DNA of 32,000 bases from Candidatus Electronema halotolerans (GCA_942493095.1 OW818675.1:1500001-1532000), one strand, 5' to 3'; shown: positions 17,901 to 24,621, counted from the first letter of the stretch. Program-made: numbers and translations. The notes: a model not told the origin generated them from the sequence alone.

Positions 17901-20900
17901 AATGGCGTTGGTGACAGAGCCGTCAGATTCCGCAGTCTCCGTCCACGTTCCGCCTGACGGCAGCGTGCTGGCATCCACAGAAACCTGATACGTGCGGCCT
18001 GCGGTCAATCCTGTCTGGAATCGGTAGTTGCCGCTGGCATCGGTATAAACTGAAGCGGCAGGTGTAGCCAGCTCCGCTGCGGAGCATACTGTATCAGTTC
18101 CGCAATCATACAGATTAACTTTCACATACGAGCTGCCATTGCCGGGTATGCCATTTTCTCCGCTGTCCCGGCTGCCGTCACCGTCGCCGTCATTCCAGAT
18201 ATTTCCAAAAATCACCGGGCTGGTGAGGGTGTAGCCGAAGTTGACGTTGGTTCGATCTTCGTTGCCGCTGCTGATGTAACTGAGCAGATCACGCAAGTCT
18301 GTCGTTGTCTCGTTAAAACCGTTCACCGCCCAAATGTTGTCACAGTTGCTTCCGCATGTGCCACTGGTGACGTTCGGGTCCCCTGTTTGGGAAGCAGTTG
18401 TAGACAAAGTATCTTTGAGTGCTTTGACATAGTAATACCCATCTGGCAGTCCTTCAAACTTATAGCTGCCATCAATTGCAGTGACTTGAGCGGCTGCAAG
18501 TGTCCAAGTTCCGCCTTTATCCACACACTCAATATTGTTTCCGGGGGAATCGGCAGGGCTAACAGCCGGACTGCCGTCTGCTTTGGCACAAAGATACAGT
18601 TCAACCGAGACCCCGGGAATTTTATTGTCAAAAGCTTCATAGCCGTTTGTGTCGACCCAGCCGTTGGAGCCACCGCTGCCCTCCGTCCAGACCACGCCGG
18701 AAATGGAGCCGGTCGCCTCCATTGGTACTGTTTTAGTGTCAGACACTGGCGTATTGGCGGCACTGCCGTCAGCAAATTTTGCATTTGCGGATGTGGCGGT
18801 GTTGACAACACTGCTATCAGTATCGCCGATCACTTTGTAGGTTACAGAAATAGCCGTACTCTGTCCCGGCTCAAGCGGGCCGACATTGCTCCATGTCAGC
18901 TTGCCGCCAGCAGTTGAGGTCGGAGGAGGCTCTGCGGAAACAAATTGCAGCTTGGTTTCGTCATAATCATCCTCCAGCGGCACCGGATTGAGCGTGGTTG
19001 CCGCAGAAGTCACGCAAGGCTGATCTGTAGTGATACGGTAGCCAAAACCATCAACATACAAAAAGTTACCGTCAGCAGCAGCAGTCTTTGCGGCTTCGAG
19101 TTTAAGCTCCAAATCTCCTGCAAAATCGCTCCAATTCCAAGTCCGTGCACCGGTAACATCAACATAAAAGAGCGTTTCATTGGCTTTGCCAATATGACTG
19201 TTAAGTGTTGCATTCGTGATCTGATATGTTGTTGCCGCTGCCGCGTTGTTGAAATAAATCGTAAACAGGCTATAATCGTCAGCTACAGCAGCACTGAGAT
19301 ATCCCTGCGCAATCGCTTCAACCTTGATGATGTTTCCTGACGGCTGGCCAAGACTGTTGAATCCTCCGCCATATATCTCTTGATTAGAACCGCCCTCCCA
19401 CACTCCTGTGCCGTACACACCATCCGGGCCAGTTGCACCGAACAAGTTTGATGAATCAACGAAAGCCTTCAATGGAATTGTTGACTCAACAGAAGCCCAA
19501 GCATTATACACGCAGCCACCTGCTTCATTTGGAGTGCCTTCCGGCGGCAGCTGATTCTTCACTTGAATCTGATACGTCGCTGTCCGGCCTTCATAAATCG
19601 GCGAAGAGCTGGTCAGCGTCTTGGTCACGCCCAGCGGCGGCAGAAAGCCAAAATCAATGCCGGTTATGTTCGCGGTCGTGATCTTGGCAACTTTTTCAGT
19701 GTCTGTAGTCGGCGCAGCGCCGGAAGTCAAATTAACGTCAGATTTGTCCACCACGACAATAAATTGCTGCGCAGGCAGATTGGTGAAGCTGTATCCGCTG
19801 GCGGCGGTGGCATCTGTCGTTTTCCAGAGAATATCGCCGGAATCAAGTTTGCCATCATCATTGGCATCATAATACAGAGAGACGGTGATTGCTCCAGGTT
19901 CTCGCACTTCTCCTCCATCACGAAGTCCGTTGGCCTTGCCTCCCCCGCCAGTGCCATCATCGGTGAACACCTGCCCGCTGATAGAGTATGTTCCTTGAAT
20001 AGTCACATCCGCATCATCCTCAGCAAAGCAGGGGCCGGAACCCAATGCTGCGCAACCGGTGTTGGAAATGACCGGCTCGGTGTAGCCGGTGTTTGGCATT
20101 GTCGCCTTGAATTCCACCCTCATGGTGTTTTCATGCGCAGTGTCATCTGAAGTCAGCGGCTCATCAAGCCGCCACTCTATATATTTGACATCACTTGCCG
20201 TAGTTGGCTGAACATCCGTCCATGTCACACCATCTGTCGAATAGAGAATCACTCCGCTCTTGGTGACTCCATCGGCATTGGCAATAAATTTTGCCGAGTC
20301 AAGCTCGTACAAAGAACCATCTGGAACTTGCTCCCGGATGACCAGTGGCACACCCAGCTCAGGATTGCCGATGGAAAGGGTGTAGGGATTGTCTGACAGG
20401 TCTTTATAATCGTTCGGGTTGGTTACTTCCAGGGTGTAGATGACTGTGCCGCCAGTGGATGCAACGCTGGACGGGCTGGCTGTCTTGCCAATATACGCCA
20501 GCGGATTCCGGGTCATCATCGGCGGAATCGGCGCGCCATAGTCCGCCGAGAACTTCTCGTTGTCGCGGCCCGAAGCCACTTCCTGATACGGCGACAACGT
20601 GCCGGAACAGGTGCCGTTCAGAGCGACAAACTCATAAAACACCAAACCGACCACGCCGGTGTTGTCCGGGATGTTCTCAAAATAGAGCTGATCAGCAAAG
20701 GGAATCAGCTTCTCGCCGCCGTCCTTCAGCTTGACAATCAGCAGGCCGTAAGTGCGCACCATGCGGAAGCAGCCTGGGTCGTACAGTGACGGGTCGCCAA
20801 TGGGCTGCGCCCAGGCGTTCTGATCCGGCACCAAGTCGCCGTTGTTGTCAAAGCCTTGGTTCGCATTGCCAAAGTCATACCAAATGCCCTGCGTGCGCAC

Positions 20901-21713
20901 CACGTTGCCCGGATAGGCCACGCCGGGAATGCCGCTTGAACTCCATGTGTCCCAGCCCAAAGCCTCCTGAATGACCTGCTTGTATTCATCAGGTACCTTG
21001 TTGTCGCCGTTGGGCCATATTTTGTTGGCCGAAGCGGAAATCTCGCTGCGCATGGTCAGCCTGCGGCTGTCATCAGCAGTCAGGGAGGTGGCTCCATTGT
21101 CATCCTTGGCAGTGGCCCAGACATCATAGGTCAGCGAAAGGTCATCTTCAGGCCCGTTGCCGCCGGTGACGCTGTCACTGGTGCAGGGCGGAGCTTGCGG
21201 TGTTCCGTCTGAATTATTCTTGCACTGCGGATAGGAAACCACCCAATACTCAGTCCGGCATTCGCCTGCTTTCAGGGTGCCGATCCATGCCCGGCTCGCA
21301 TCCGTCACGCTGGAGTAAGAGCCGGATTCGTGAGTGAAAGAATATTTTCCGGTGTCCTTGAGATACTCCAACGGCTGCCCTGTGGCAAACGCAGGGTCGC
21401 TTGAACTGTCGCGAACCGGATAAATTCCTGGTGTTTTGTTGGCAAAATCACCAATATATGCTTGAACATCAGTCAGGTCGTTGATGCCGGTGTTGCAGAA
21501 CTTTGCTCCCAGCGTCGCCGCTGTGGGCGCATACGTGGCAGGCGTGGTGACGTTGGAATCCACCACCAAGTTGTAGGCAGAAATGATCTCAATCTTGAGA
21601 TCACCAGCCGGGTTGGCTGACTGAGCCGACAGCGGCATCAAACTGACCGCCAAAATTGCCAGCAGAACCGCCAAGCCGCGCTTGCCGCTCAATCGTTGTT
21701 TCATATTCCTCAT
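8919..21713 (-). CDS. Giant secreted repeat protein (4264 aa): N-terminal DUF11-like region, about 20 SdrD-B-like Ca-binding repeats, a GEVED-like segment, and a C-terminal peptidase C25 (gingipain-like) module
   Basis: The start is set at the ATG at 21713 (MRNMKQRLSGKRGLAVLLAILAVSLMPLSAQSA-NP). GGAGG lies 7 nt upstream and the N-terminus is a clear signal peptide. The repeats follow the pattern IGD.vw.D.ngDG.qd..E.GI.GVTV.LY.D.dgdG.....D......T.TD..G.Y.F.nLp.G.Y.V.V, each ending in [DN]FG[YFL]. I counted about 20 of those endings. The mid-protein segment YDYGDAPASY...GTATNGEVEDIQF is GEVED-like. The last roughly 1000 aa form an Fn3-like domain plus the C25 module. Confidence 0.9.
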   Translation of the reverse strand: MRNMKQRLSGKRGLAVLLAILAVSLMPLSAQSANPAGDLKIEIISAYNLVVDSNVTTPATYAPTAATLGAKFCNTGINDLTDVQAYIGDFANKTPGIYPVRDSSSDPAFATGQPLEYLKDTGKYSFTHESGSYSSVTDASRAWIGTLKAGECRTEYWVVSYPQCKNNSDGTPQAPPCTSDSVTGGNGPEDDLSLTYDVWATAKDDNGATSLTADDSRRLTMRSEISASANKIWPNGDNKVPDEYKQVIQEALGWDTWSSSGIPGVAYPGNVVRTQGIWYDFGNANQGFDNNGDLVPDQNAWAQPIGDPSLYDPGCFRMVRTYGLLIVKLKDGGEKLIPFADQLYFENIPDNTGVVGLVFYEFVALNGTCSGTLSPYQEVASGRDNEKFSADYGAPIPPMMTRNPLAYIGKTASPSSVASTGGTVIYTLEVTNPNDYKDLSDNPYTLSIGNPELGVPLVIREQVPDGSLYELDSAKFIANADGVTKSGVILYSTDGVTWTDVQPTTASDVKYIEWRLDEPLTSDDTAHENTMRVEFKATMPNTGYTEPVISNTGCAALGSGPCFAEDDADVTIQGTYSISGQVFTDDGTGGGGKANGLRDGGEVREPGAITVSLYYDANDDGKLDSGDILWKTTDATAASGYSFTNLPAQQFIVVVDKSDVNLTSGAAPTTDTEKVAKITTANITGIDFGFLPPLGVTKTLTSSSPIYEGRTATYQIQVKNQLPPEGTPNEAGGCVYNAWASVESTIPLKAFVDSSNLFGATGPDGVYGTGVWEGGSNQEIYGGGFNSLGQPSGNIIKVEAIAQGYLSAAVADDYSLFTIYFNNAAAATTYQITNATLNSHIGKANETLFYVDVTGARTWNWSDFAGDLELKLEAAKTAAADGNFLYVDGFGYRITTDQPCVTSAATTLNPVPLEDDYDETKLQFVSAEPPPTSTAGGKLTWSNVGPLEPGQSTAISVTYKVIGDTDSSVVNTATSANAKFADGSAANTPVSDTKTVPMEATGSISGVVWTEGSGGSNGWVDTNGYEAFDNKIPGVSVELYLCAKADGSPAVSPADSPGNNIECVDKGGTWTLAAAQVTAIDGSYKFEGLPDGYYYVKALKDTLSTTASQTGDPNVTSGTCGSNCDNIWAVNGFNETTTDLRDLLSYISSGNEDRTNVNFGYTLTSPVIFGNIWNDGDGDGSRDSGENGIPGNGSSYVKVNLYDCGTDTVCSAAELATPAASVYTDASGNYRFQTGLTAGRTYQVSVDASTLPSGGTWTETAESDGSVTNAIQINNIGAGVITGSHDFGFHQAGGSSIGDTIFYDFDGDGIQDATDEGIPSITVNLYEDSNGDGVVDPLTDALVATVDTDTNGKYLFSNLPAGNYIVKVDESDLTGTVSQTGDPDETGTCVTCNALGKVSVDGTSSYLNVDFGYQPKGTGSIGNFVWKDIDGDGVQDGGQETGIPGVTVTLEWDPNGDGNYVTLQTTVTSDGTVDLDGDNILDPPGSYLFNNLPEGNYRVVVSDTDPDLPTDAFGNPYTETTNTSYDVALAVGEKALDKDFGFAAYGAIGDTIYWDANGNGDYDLSEEGISGVTVTLYKDVNGNGIYDAGDTEYATDTTDADGRYLFSNLPPDNYVVVVSSPPGNPALTADPDADGAVCPAAGTGTVCDGQKAVNVLYGTSFMGADFGYQPSGVIGDQLWIDTDGDGQFDPGEPPLAGVTVTLKNSGGATIDTAVTDSNGQYSFANLSNATYTVAVPGSPSSGLQLIYDKDGGGDNQTTVTITAASNIITDIDFGYQYANLNNSLSGTICQEPSTGGDGVCGASGQDSGVTTGETAFSGVPVYIYKWIDADNDGVVDSGETALLQSTTTNSNGDYSFDKLPELGANEGYVISTSTPGDYLQLTTTDGVVPADSLVVTSIGAYQADKTDIKNGAETTNTGYDFAYKSTVNYDYGDAPASYSTLAEDNGPRHIVPANSDDINLYIGDKPDTENNGQPSANAELDSNDGITAVGTWTEGAVVDGDGGSVTVNVTGSGWLVAWFDFDGDGTFSGAGEMIISQAVTTGNSTVKFDIPDGTFDVSQGYARFRLFPEKPAVPELAYKGTATNGEVEDIQFPLPAAKSAIGDRVWLDENGDGKQDAGEDGIAGVTVYIDDDDTLGYSAGDTQAVTDSNGNYLLKDVPAGTYSVKVDTSTLPAGLAANPTYDEDGGADNTASVTVSGGEEYMTADFGYNWVAPTVTTSPGAGDTGAIGNRIWSDANGDGVQNPGEPGLSGVTVKLLTDDNGDGVYGGAGDNTPTTTTTDSAGNYIFTNVSAGSYVVEVTPPAETTQTGDPDQPGVTAISGDNKTTSPIILAPGDVYLQGDFGYKPASSGSVTGTVYRDVNADACALAGGNTVCGDPGDNVLNGGDTGIPGVTVVLKDASGKIIATTVTDKDGKYNFSGVPTGSGYKVVVTDTQNVLGEVVQSGDPDSTLNNETAVNVSGAVTNVNFGYTPKGQTAGKGMIGSTIFLDRDNSGDYNPGEGLEGVAVSLYQDGALVAVTQTDENGQYQFGNLPAGNYEVRVKTTSLPNSGDGLTNTVDPNGDGDSKSVVTLTADGSGAVQPNLTQNFGYTGANTVSGTIWNDVNADGTLNETGKGIAGSTVVLRDKTTGNIIASTTTISTPADLDGDGAAEPVGSYIFKNLPDGTYTVEVTDEAGQLTGWWHSVGSNPGDDNNSQISGGYSVTVGGSQPNNNTADFGYYKDSTTFGGTLWSDVNNNGTLDSGETKLAHYPVVLTITYPNSSGTVTMTTMTDADGNYRFDNVMLDEDYSSADGTNGPTFNITVPGIDGMVSTHTPATDGANDGADPATEAGDNKADDPAGEIVTGLVKGETDTTRDFGFVGGATIGDRVWLDVNRDGIQSLNEPGLSGVTVNIYRDDGVSGFSSTGDTLVATVVTDGNGNYSFAGLPPGNYWVDVVTPTNLTAAEADKSGVDDTLDSDKTASAGGGMITVTAGQVIDNLDFGYVGEKPLIGDTVWFDANNNGVQDPGEAGLDGVTVTITPSGGGTPITVTTDAAGHYLAPVDAGDYTVAVTLPTDMEVSNGGPTSKDVTVPDGIDVLSADFGLKLTSGTGYTIGDLIWEDSNGDKTQNAGEAGIAGVTVDLYRNDIPVATTTTGTNGAYLFNVAQGGANYEVRVTDRSGILDGRTATSGSNTFAINLTGDVDNADFGYQPPKSLSIGDRVWLDLNDDGIQDDGEPGMSGVEVELYLDSDGDGNIDSGSSPIRTETTDSDGLYNFSGLSAGKYVVKLPNSNGELNSFTATTTPSPTAVTLGATSVSNIDFGFKTKTGSGLISGLVWSDDDKGKDIDADESPIAGVTVTLYLDQNGDGKLDSSDQFLQTATTSSASDSNYFFTNLPDGKYLVEISGSALDGLSLTTPDIPVLSAEVSSGSSIAGKNFGLAPLVPTYALISSFKAYINDDNQTVLEWKTDSEVGTIGFLLERLNEQTGAFETVSELLPGMLLPPQGGSYRFVDPSAKPNQQHVYRVQEVTVNGDGMVNGPYTVTPKQPLPINRQMFADGPAGFTLAQADFSAKQISRFAAHKQAARSLAAEKKRKTGDTVKVPVSKDGLVYLTADELAAASGLRKAEVTRHLKNGKLSLTLAGEPVSVLSSAVGSALWFYGYAPERNDIGQNIYLLDLGKTKGAEIKNSHKRAEKKADNLQSFTAQVRTEENHMPFHLYINKPVHDFWAWEYLMASKKGNASVAHPVSAPDLTGEGTARVTVNLVNISSSSSSQTAPYKVSLSLNGTELGTAESSETGDWQISEEVSADLLKDSGNELKIVSALNSGVNYSLIYLDSIDLEYQRLAQAVNGELTFSSSEDSSMTVAGFSSRTVLALDITDPNEPVRIYPTVEEEGEGAYTVTVPVQAEHRYFLTENITATVSGELTADTPSSLHDARNRADYLLISPLHLMDEARRLAEYRETQGLETMVVDIDDVQDEFSDSLAAPEAVRDFLAYVHENWAKVPHYVVLVGDGSYDYKNYLGAGWPLVPTVLTATPEGYFPSDNALADVVGDDKVPEFAIGRIPVIDNEEFSAYTDKLIAYEQTAGQGGALSIVVDKSDPAAGNFQASADKVAALVPNGLTVEQIAVDTLGESGTNSKVVNAFQQGGGILHYIGHSSLIKYGRTGKLLTADEIAAMNDLSQPMLMVSMSCSSASFGYPPMNSIGESAVLKENGAAVGFFGATGLSYNYLADIMADGFYSSLSDPAVGRIGDAVLRAKQQYAEQGAMPYTLDIYNLLGDPAALVPVPAEH
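8922..9990 (-). other. Peptidase C25 (clan CD) catalytic domain at the extreme C-terminus of the giant protein
   Basis: The domain starts at DYLLISPLHLMDEARRLAEYRETQGLETMVVDIDDVQDEF...HYVVLVGDGSYDYKN. The candidate catalytic His lies in ILHYIGHSS (about 9313..9345). The candidate catalytic Cys lies in MLMVSMSCSSASFGYPP (about 9193..9243). This order and spacing fit the His-Cys dyad of gingipain-type peptidases. Confidence 0.7.
11470..20000 (-). repeat. Region of divergent coding tandem repeats (SdrD-B-like domains, about 110-130 aa each) inside the giant gene
   Basis: Protein-level periodicity is seen in the translation. The nucleotide copies are diverged, so there are no long identical tracts. 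The array is interrupted by non-repeat segments at about 18950-19600 and about 15440-15950. The boundaries are approximate. Confidence 0.7.
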
Positions 21714-21824
21714 GATCATGCCTCCATATCGTGACAGAAACATCCGGCGGACATTTTTGTGCCGCTGCTATTCAGTACAATTTTTTTAACGCGCATTTGG
21801 TCAAAAAGTAAATAAATTATATAA

Positions 21825-21834
21825 GTTCTCACTA
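21825..21834. repeat. Target-site duplication, left copy (GTTCTCACTA)
   Basis: An identical 10-mer directly abuts both IS ends, at 21825..21834 and 23099..23108. Confidence 0.85.
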
Positions 21835-23010
21835 CTTACCATCCATCACTTTTTCGCAATGTAAAAAACAAGGGAGGCAGGGGACGGAGCATCTGAGCGT
21901 ATCTTCTGAGCAGCCTGAGTCCTCTTTTGAAATAAGAACAGACACTTCTCCAAGTTTTTCTGACGACTGGCGGCAGCTCATGCTGTTCCGCATCCTTGTC
22001 GGCAACGTCGTCAAATCCGAAATTTTCAGTTTTTTTTCTCTTGGAAGCGGGTTCCGCATCCTGTCGCGGAGTCCGGCGAGTACGCACCAGTGCATGGCGA
22101 CCGAGAGGATCAGCATCAGTCTGGCGATTCTGTCGGCGCGCTCCAGTTTTGTGTCCTCCAGACCGAACCCCCTGGTTTTGAAATCGCTGAACATGGCCTC
22201 GCATCCCCAGCGCATGCCGTAATCAAGTGTTTTATAATAATTTGGCTCAGTTCCTCCGACTGCCAGCAGCCAAGGCTCATCATGTCCCGGCTCCTGGAGA
22301 ATGCTTAAATTTGTCTGAACCCGCTGTTCTGTCAGATAAATATTTTTCATAAGCAGTTCCTTGCGACCTTTCTTTTCAGCAGGAACAAGGTCCGCAAGAG
22401 ATGTCTCATCGCCGTCCTCATTGAAAACTTTAAGATTTTCCTTGAGGCGGAGCCGATAATCCCAGCCGCTGCGGTGGCAGAATGCAATCAGCGGCGCTTG
22501 ACCGTAAAAACGGTCGCCGAGCAGCAGCACTCTGCTGCCCTCTGGAAGGAATGATTTTATTTTTTCAAGAAGTTCCATGCAGATATCCGAGCCGATATTG
22601 CCCTGTCCTTTTCGGACCCGCCATAGCAGAGGCAGGGCCCGACCGCCGAAGCGCAATGACAGCGAAAGAATGCCGAAACGGTCGGATAGCTGCGTCTGGT
22701 CAATGCACAGAATCAGCGTTTCTCCCGAAGCGGAGGCCGTCTCCAATGCCTGACGGATGAAAGGCCGCATCACATCATCATTGTCGATTGAGTCTGTGCT
22801 CAGGAAACGGCTTAACCACTGATATCGCATGTCAATCCGTTCTGTTTCCAGCGGAAGGACAGCCGCCATGTCCATAGTATTGCAACTCTGAACTTCCAAA
22901 ACCGCCGCCGCGCACAAGCTTAACTTGCGCAGAGGATTCCTGTTAATTCCGGGCAAAACGTCCCGCAGGCCGGACGAGATTTCCTCTGCCAGATGACTGA
23001 TCGTGCTCAT
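21832..23010 (-). CDS. IS4-family DDE transposase
   Basis: 392-aa ORF. It carries the IS4 signature Y-x2-R-x3-E-x6-K as YGMRWGCEAMFSDFK. Candidate catalytic Asp residues lie in LILCIDQTQL and LLLGDRFYG. The reading frame runs through the inverted repeat (..KVMDGK). Its TAG stop at 21834..21832 is formed by the last 3 bases of the flanking target duplication. Confidence 0.85.
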   Translation of the reverse strand: MSTISHLAEEISSGLRDVLPGINRNPLRKLSLCAAAVLEVQSCNTMDMAAVLPLETERIDMRYQWLSRFLSTDSIDNDDVMRPFIRQALETASASGETLILCIDQTQLSDRFGILSLSLRFGGRALPLLWRVRKGQGNIGSDICMELLEKIKSFLPEGSRVLLLGDRFYGQAPLIAFCHRSGWDYRLRLKENLKVFNEDGDETSLADLVPAEKKGRKELLMKNIYLTEQRVQTNLSILQEPGHDEPWLLAVGGTEPNYYKTLDYGMRWGCEAMFSDFKTRGFGLEDTKLERADRIARLMLILSVAMHWCVLAGLRDRMRNPLPREKKLKISDLTTLPTRMRNSMSCRQSSEKLGEVSVLISKEDSGCSEDTLRCSVPCLPCFLHCEKVMDGK

Positions 23011-23098
23011 ATTTCACAGAGTTTGAATAAACGAATTGTTTTTTCAATCTTTTTACTCCGGCGTTCAAGCTCTGTCAAGAAAAGTGATGGATGGTAAG
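21835..23098 (-). mobile_element. Intact IS4-family insertion sequence, 1264 bp
   Basis: It has perfect 19-bp terminal inverted repeats: CTTACCATCCATCACTTTT at 21835..21853, and its reverse complement at 23080..23098. A 10-bp direct repeat flanks the element. It contains a single DDE transposase ORF and is inserted in an AT-rich intergenic region. Confidence 0.85.
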
Positions 23099-23138
<40 letters not shown>

Positions 23139-23219
23139 CAAGAAGAAAACGCTCCGCCCCCCCCAATAACATTTTATAATAATTAACAAAAAACTAACAA
23201 ACAAAAGCAAGCCCCTCTG

Positions 23220-23248
23220 TTGACAACCGCATCATTTTCTGCTATGGA
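23220..23248 (+). promoter_or_regulatory. Candidate sigma70-type promoter for the GlcF-like gene
   Basis: The -35 element is TTGACA (23220..23225). A 17-nt spacer separates it from -10 TATGGA (23243..23248). The ATG is at 23263, so the leader would be very short. This call is tentative. Confidence 0.3.
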
Positions 23249-23262
23249 GAGCATTATAAAAC

Positions 23263-24474
23263 ATGACACAGCACAACAGCATTCATCCTCCATCATCCTG
23301 CGCCAAATGCGGGGCCTGCGCGCCGGTCTGTCCGGTCTTCCGGGCCGAGGGCCGCGATTCGCTCACAGCCAGAGGTCGGATGCACCTGCTCACAGTCTGC
23401 GCCGACCAGCCCACGGCCCTGCTGACAGACCTGTTTTCGCGCTGCCTGCTCTGCGGGGCCTGCGAGCAGGTCTGCGCCCGCCAGCTTCCGATCACGCAGC
23501 TTGTGGTCCAAGCACGCAGCCGCTTCCCCCTCCTGCTCGGCCCGGGCCAATTCAAAAAAGCGGCAGCCTGTGTTGCCCTCAGCCACCCGGCCCTGCTGGA
23601 AGGCTTGGTCAGAACCGGCATCAGCCTGCGCCGCATTCTCAGCCTGCCTGCGGAGTCTGGCCTGCGCCTGAAATTAGCCCTGCTGGAGGAGCGGCCTGTC
23701 TTTGCCCCGCCGCCGCTCGCAGGTGAAGCCGCAGCGGAGCAGGCTGACTGCGGATATTTCACCGGCTGCTTTGCCCGCCATCTCCAGCCCTCAATTGCAG
23801 CGGCGACACTCAGCCTACTCAAAGACTGCGGCCTGCGGGCGCATGTTCCGGCAGAGCAGGGCTGCTGCGGCTTGGCGGCGTGGAGTTCCGGCAATATCGA
23901 GCAGGCCCGCGCCTTGGCCAAGCGCAACATCCAAGCCTTTGCCGAAACAGCAGGGCCGGTCATCACCTCCTGCGCCTCCTGCTCGGCTCACCTGCTGACC
24001 TATCCTGATTTGTTTGGGGAAAATGATCCGTGGCAAGAACAGGCGCAGGGCTTTGCCGCCCGCGTCTGCGAATTCACCAGTTTTTTCAATGAGCACCTGT
24101 CAGGAGATGACAGAGCTGAGGTTCTGCGGATTTTTTATCACGACCCCTGCCATCTTCGCTTTCAGCCCGGCGGCATGAGCGCGCCGCGCAAGCTGCTGGT
24201 CAAGATGGGTTGTGCTGTCTTGGAGCCGGAAGACGGACCCCATTGCTGCGGGCAGGGCGGCCTGTTTCATATTGCCTGCCCAGACACTGCGGCAAAAATT
24301 TTCACTCAGAGCAGCAGGCAGGCTCTGCACGACCATCCTGACTGTATCACCTCAACCTGCTCCGGCTGCTTGATGCAGTATCAGCAGGGTCTTGCCGGAC
24401 AGGGTGAAACTGTAAAAATTACACATTTGGCAGTTCTGCTGGCAGAGCTGCGCAGGAACAGCCGCCACGCCTAA
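23263..24474 (+). CDS. (Fe-S)-binding oxidoreductase subunit with two CCG domains (GlcF / heterodisulfide-reductase-like)
   Basis: 403-aa ORF. Two ferredoxin-type cluster motifs are present: CAKCGACAPVCP and CLLCGACEQVC. Two CCG motifs follow: EQGCCGLAAWSSG and GPHCCGQGGLFH. It is the only plus-strand gene in the window. Confidence 0.8.
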   Translation: MTQHNSIHPPSSCAKCGACAPVCPVFRAEGRDSLTARGRMHLLTVCADQPTALLTDLFSRCLLCGACEQVCARQLPITQLVVQARSRFPLLLGPGQFKKAAACVALSHPALLEGLVRTGISLRRILSLPAESGLRLKLALLEERPVFAPPPLAGEAAAEQADCGYFTGCFARHLQPSIAAATLSLLKDCGLRAHVPAEQGCCGLAAWSSGNIEQARALAKRNIQAFAETAGPVITSCASCSAHLLTYPDLFGENDPWQEQAQGFAARVCEFTSFFNEHLSGDDRAEVLRIFYHDPCHLRFQPGGMSAPRKLLVKMGCAVLEPEDGPHCCGQGGLFHIACPDTAAKIFTQSSRQALHDHPDCITSTCSGCLMQYQQGLAGQGETVKITHLAVLLAELRRNSRHA

Positions 24475-24602
24475 AAATACACAACTGTGTAAAAAGGTAC
24501 CAGCAAACTTTGTACCACAAAAAGGAATGCAGTGCATATAAAAAATATTTTTTACTGATAACAGAGTGATGAAAAAACGCTGCTTGAGAATTCATCGCAA
24601 GT

Positions 24603-24621
24603 GAGAATGATTATCATTACA
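24603..24621. promoter_or_regulatory. Fur-box-like palindrome in a convergent intergenic region
   Basis: GAGAATGATTATCATTACA matches the classical 19-bp Fur consensus GATAATGATAATCATTATC at 15 of 19 positions. Its core AATGATTATCATT (24606..24618) is a perfect 6-1-6 palindrome. No obvious regulated gene is adjacent. Confidence 0.3.

Noticed and set aside
9324-20989. Dozens of plus-strand ORFs of 60-374 aa inside the giant gene, for example 13635..14759, 10065..10841, 9324..10001 and 14778..15395.
   Set aside because: They are antisense shadows of a long, compositionally biased repeat gene. Their translations are low-complexity (rich in A, R, G, C and I), and they lack start contexts and recognisable domains. 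The minus-strand frame has continuous domain-level sense over 12.8 kb.
21714-21853. A possible hybrid promoter formed by the IS end reading out toward the giant gene (TATAAT at about 21816..21821 on the minus strand).
   Set aside because: The -10 hexamer is good. However, the hexamer that would lie 17 nt upstream, inside the IS terminal repeat, reads GATGGT and has almost no similarity to TTGACA. I could not support an outward-facing -35 element.
23220-24336. Overlapping ORFs within the GlcF-like gene on both strands (23220..23726 plus strand, 23283..23966 minus strand, and others).
   Set aside because: These are Pro/Arg/Ala-rich shadow frames of a GC-rich gene. The annotated frame carries the Fe-S and CCG motifs.
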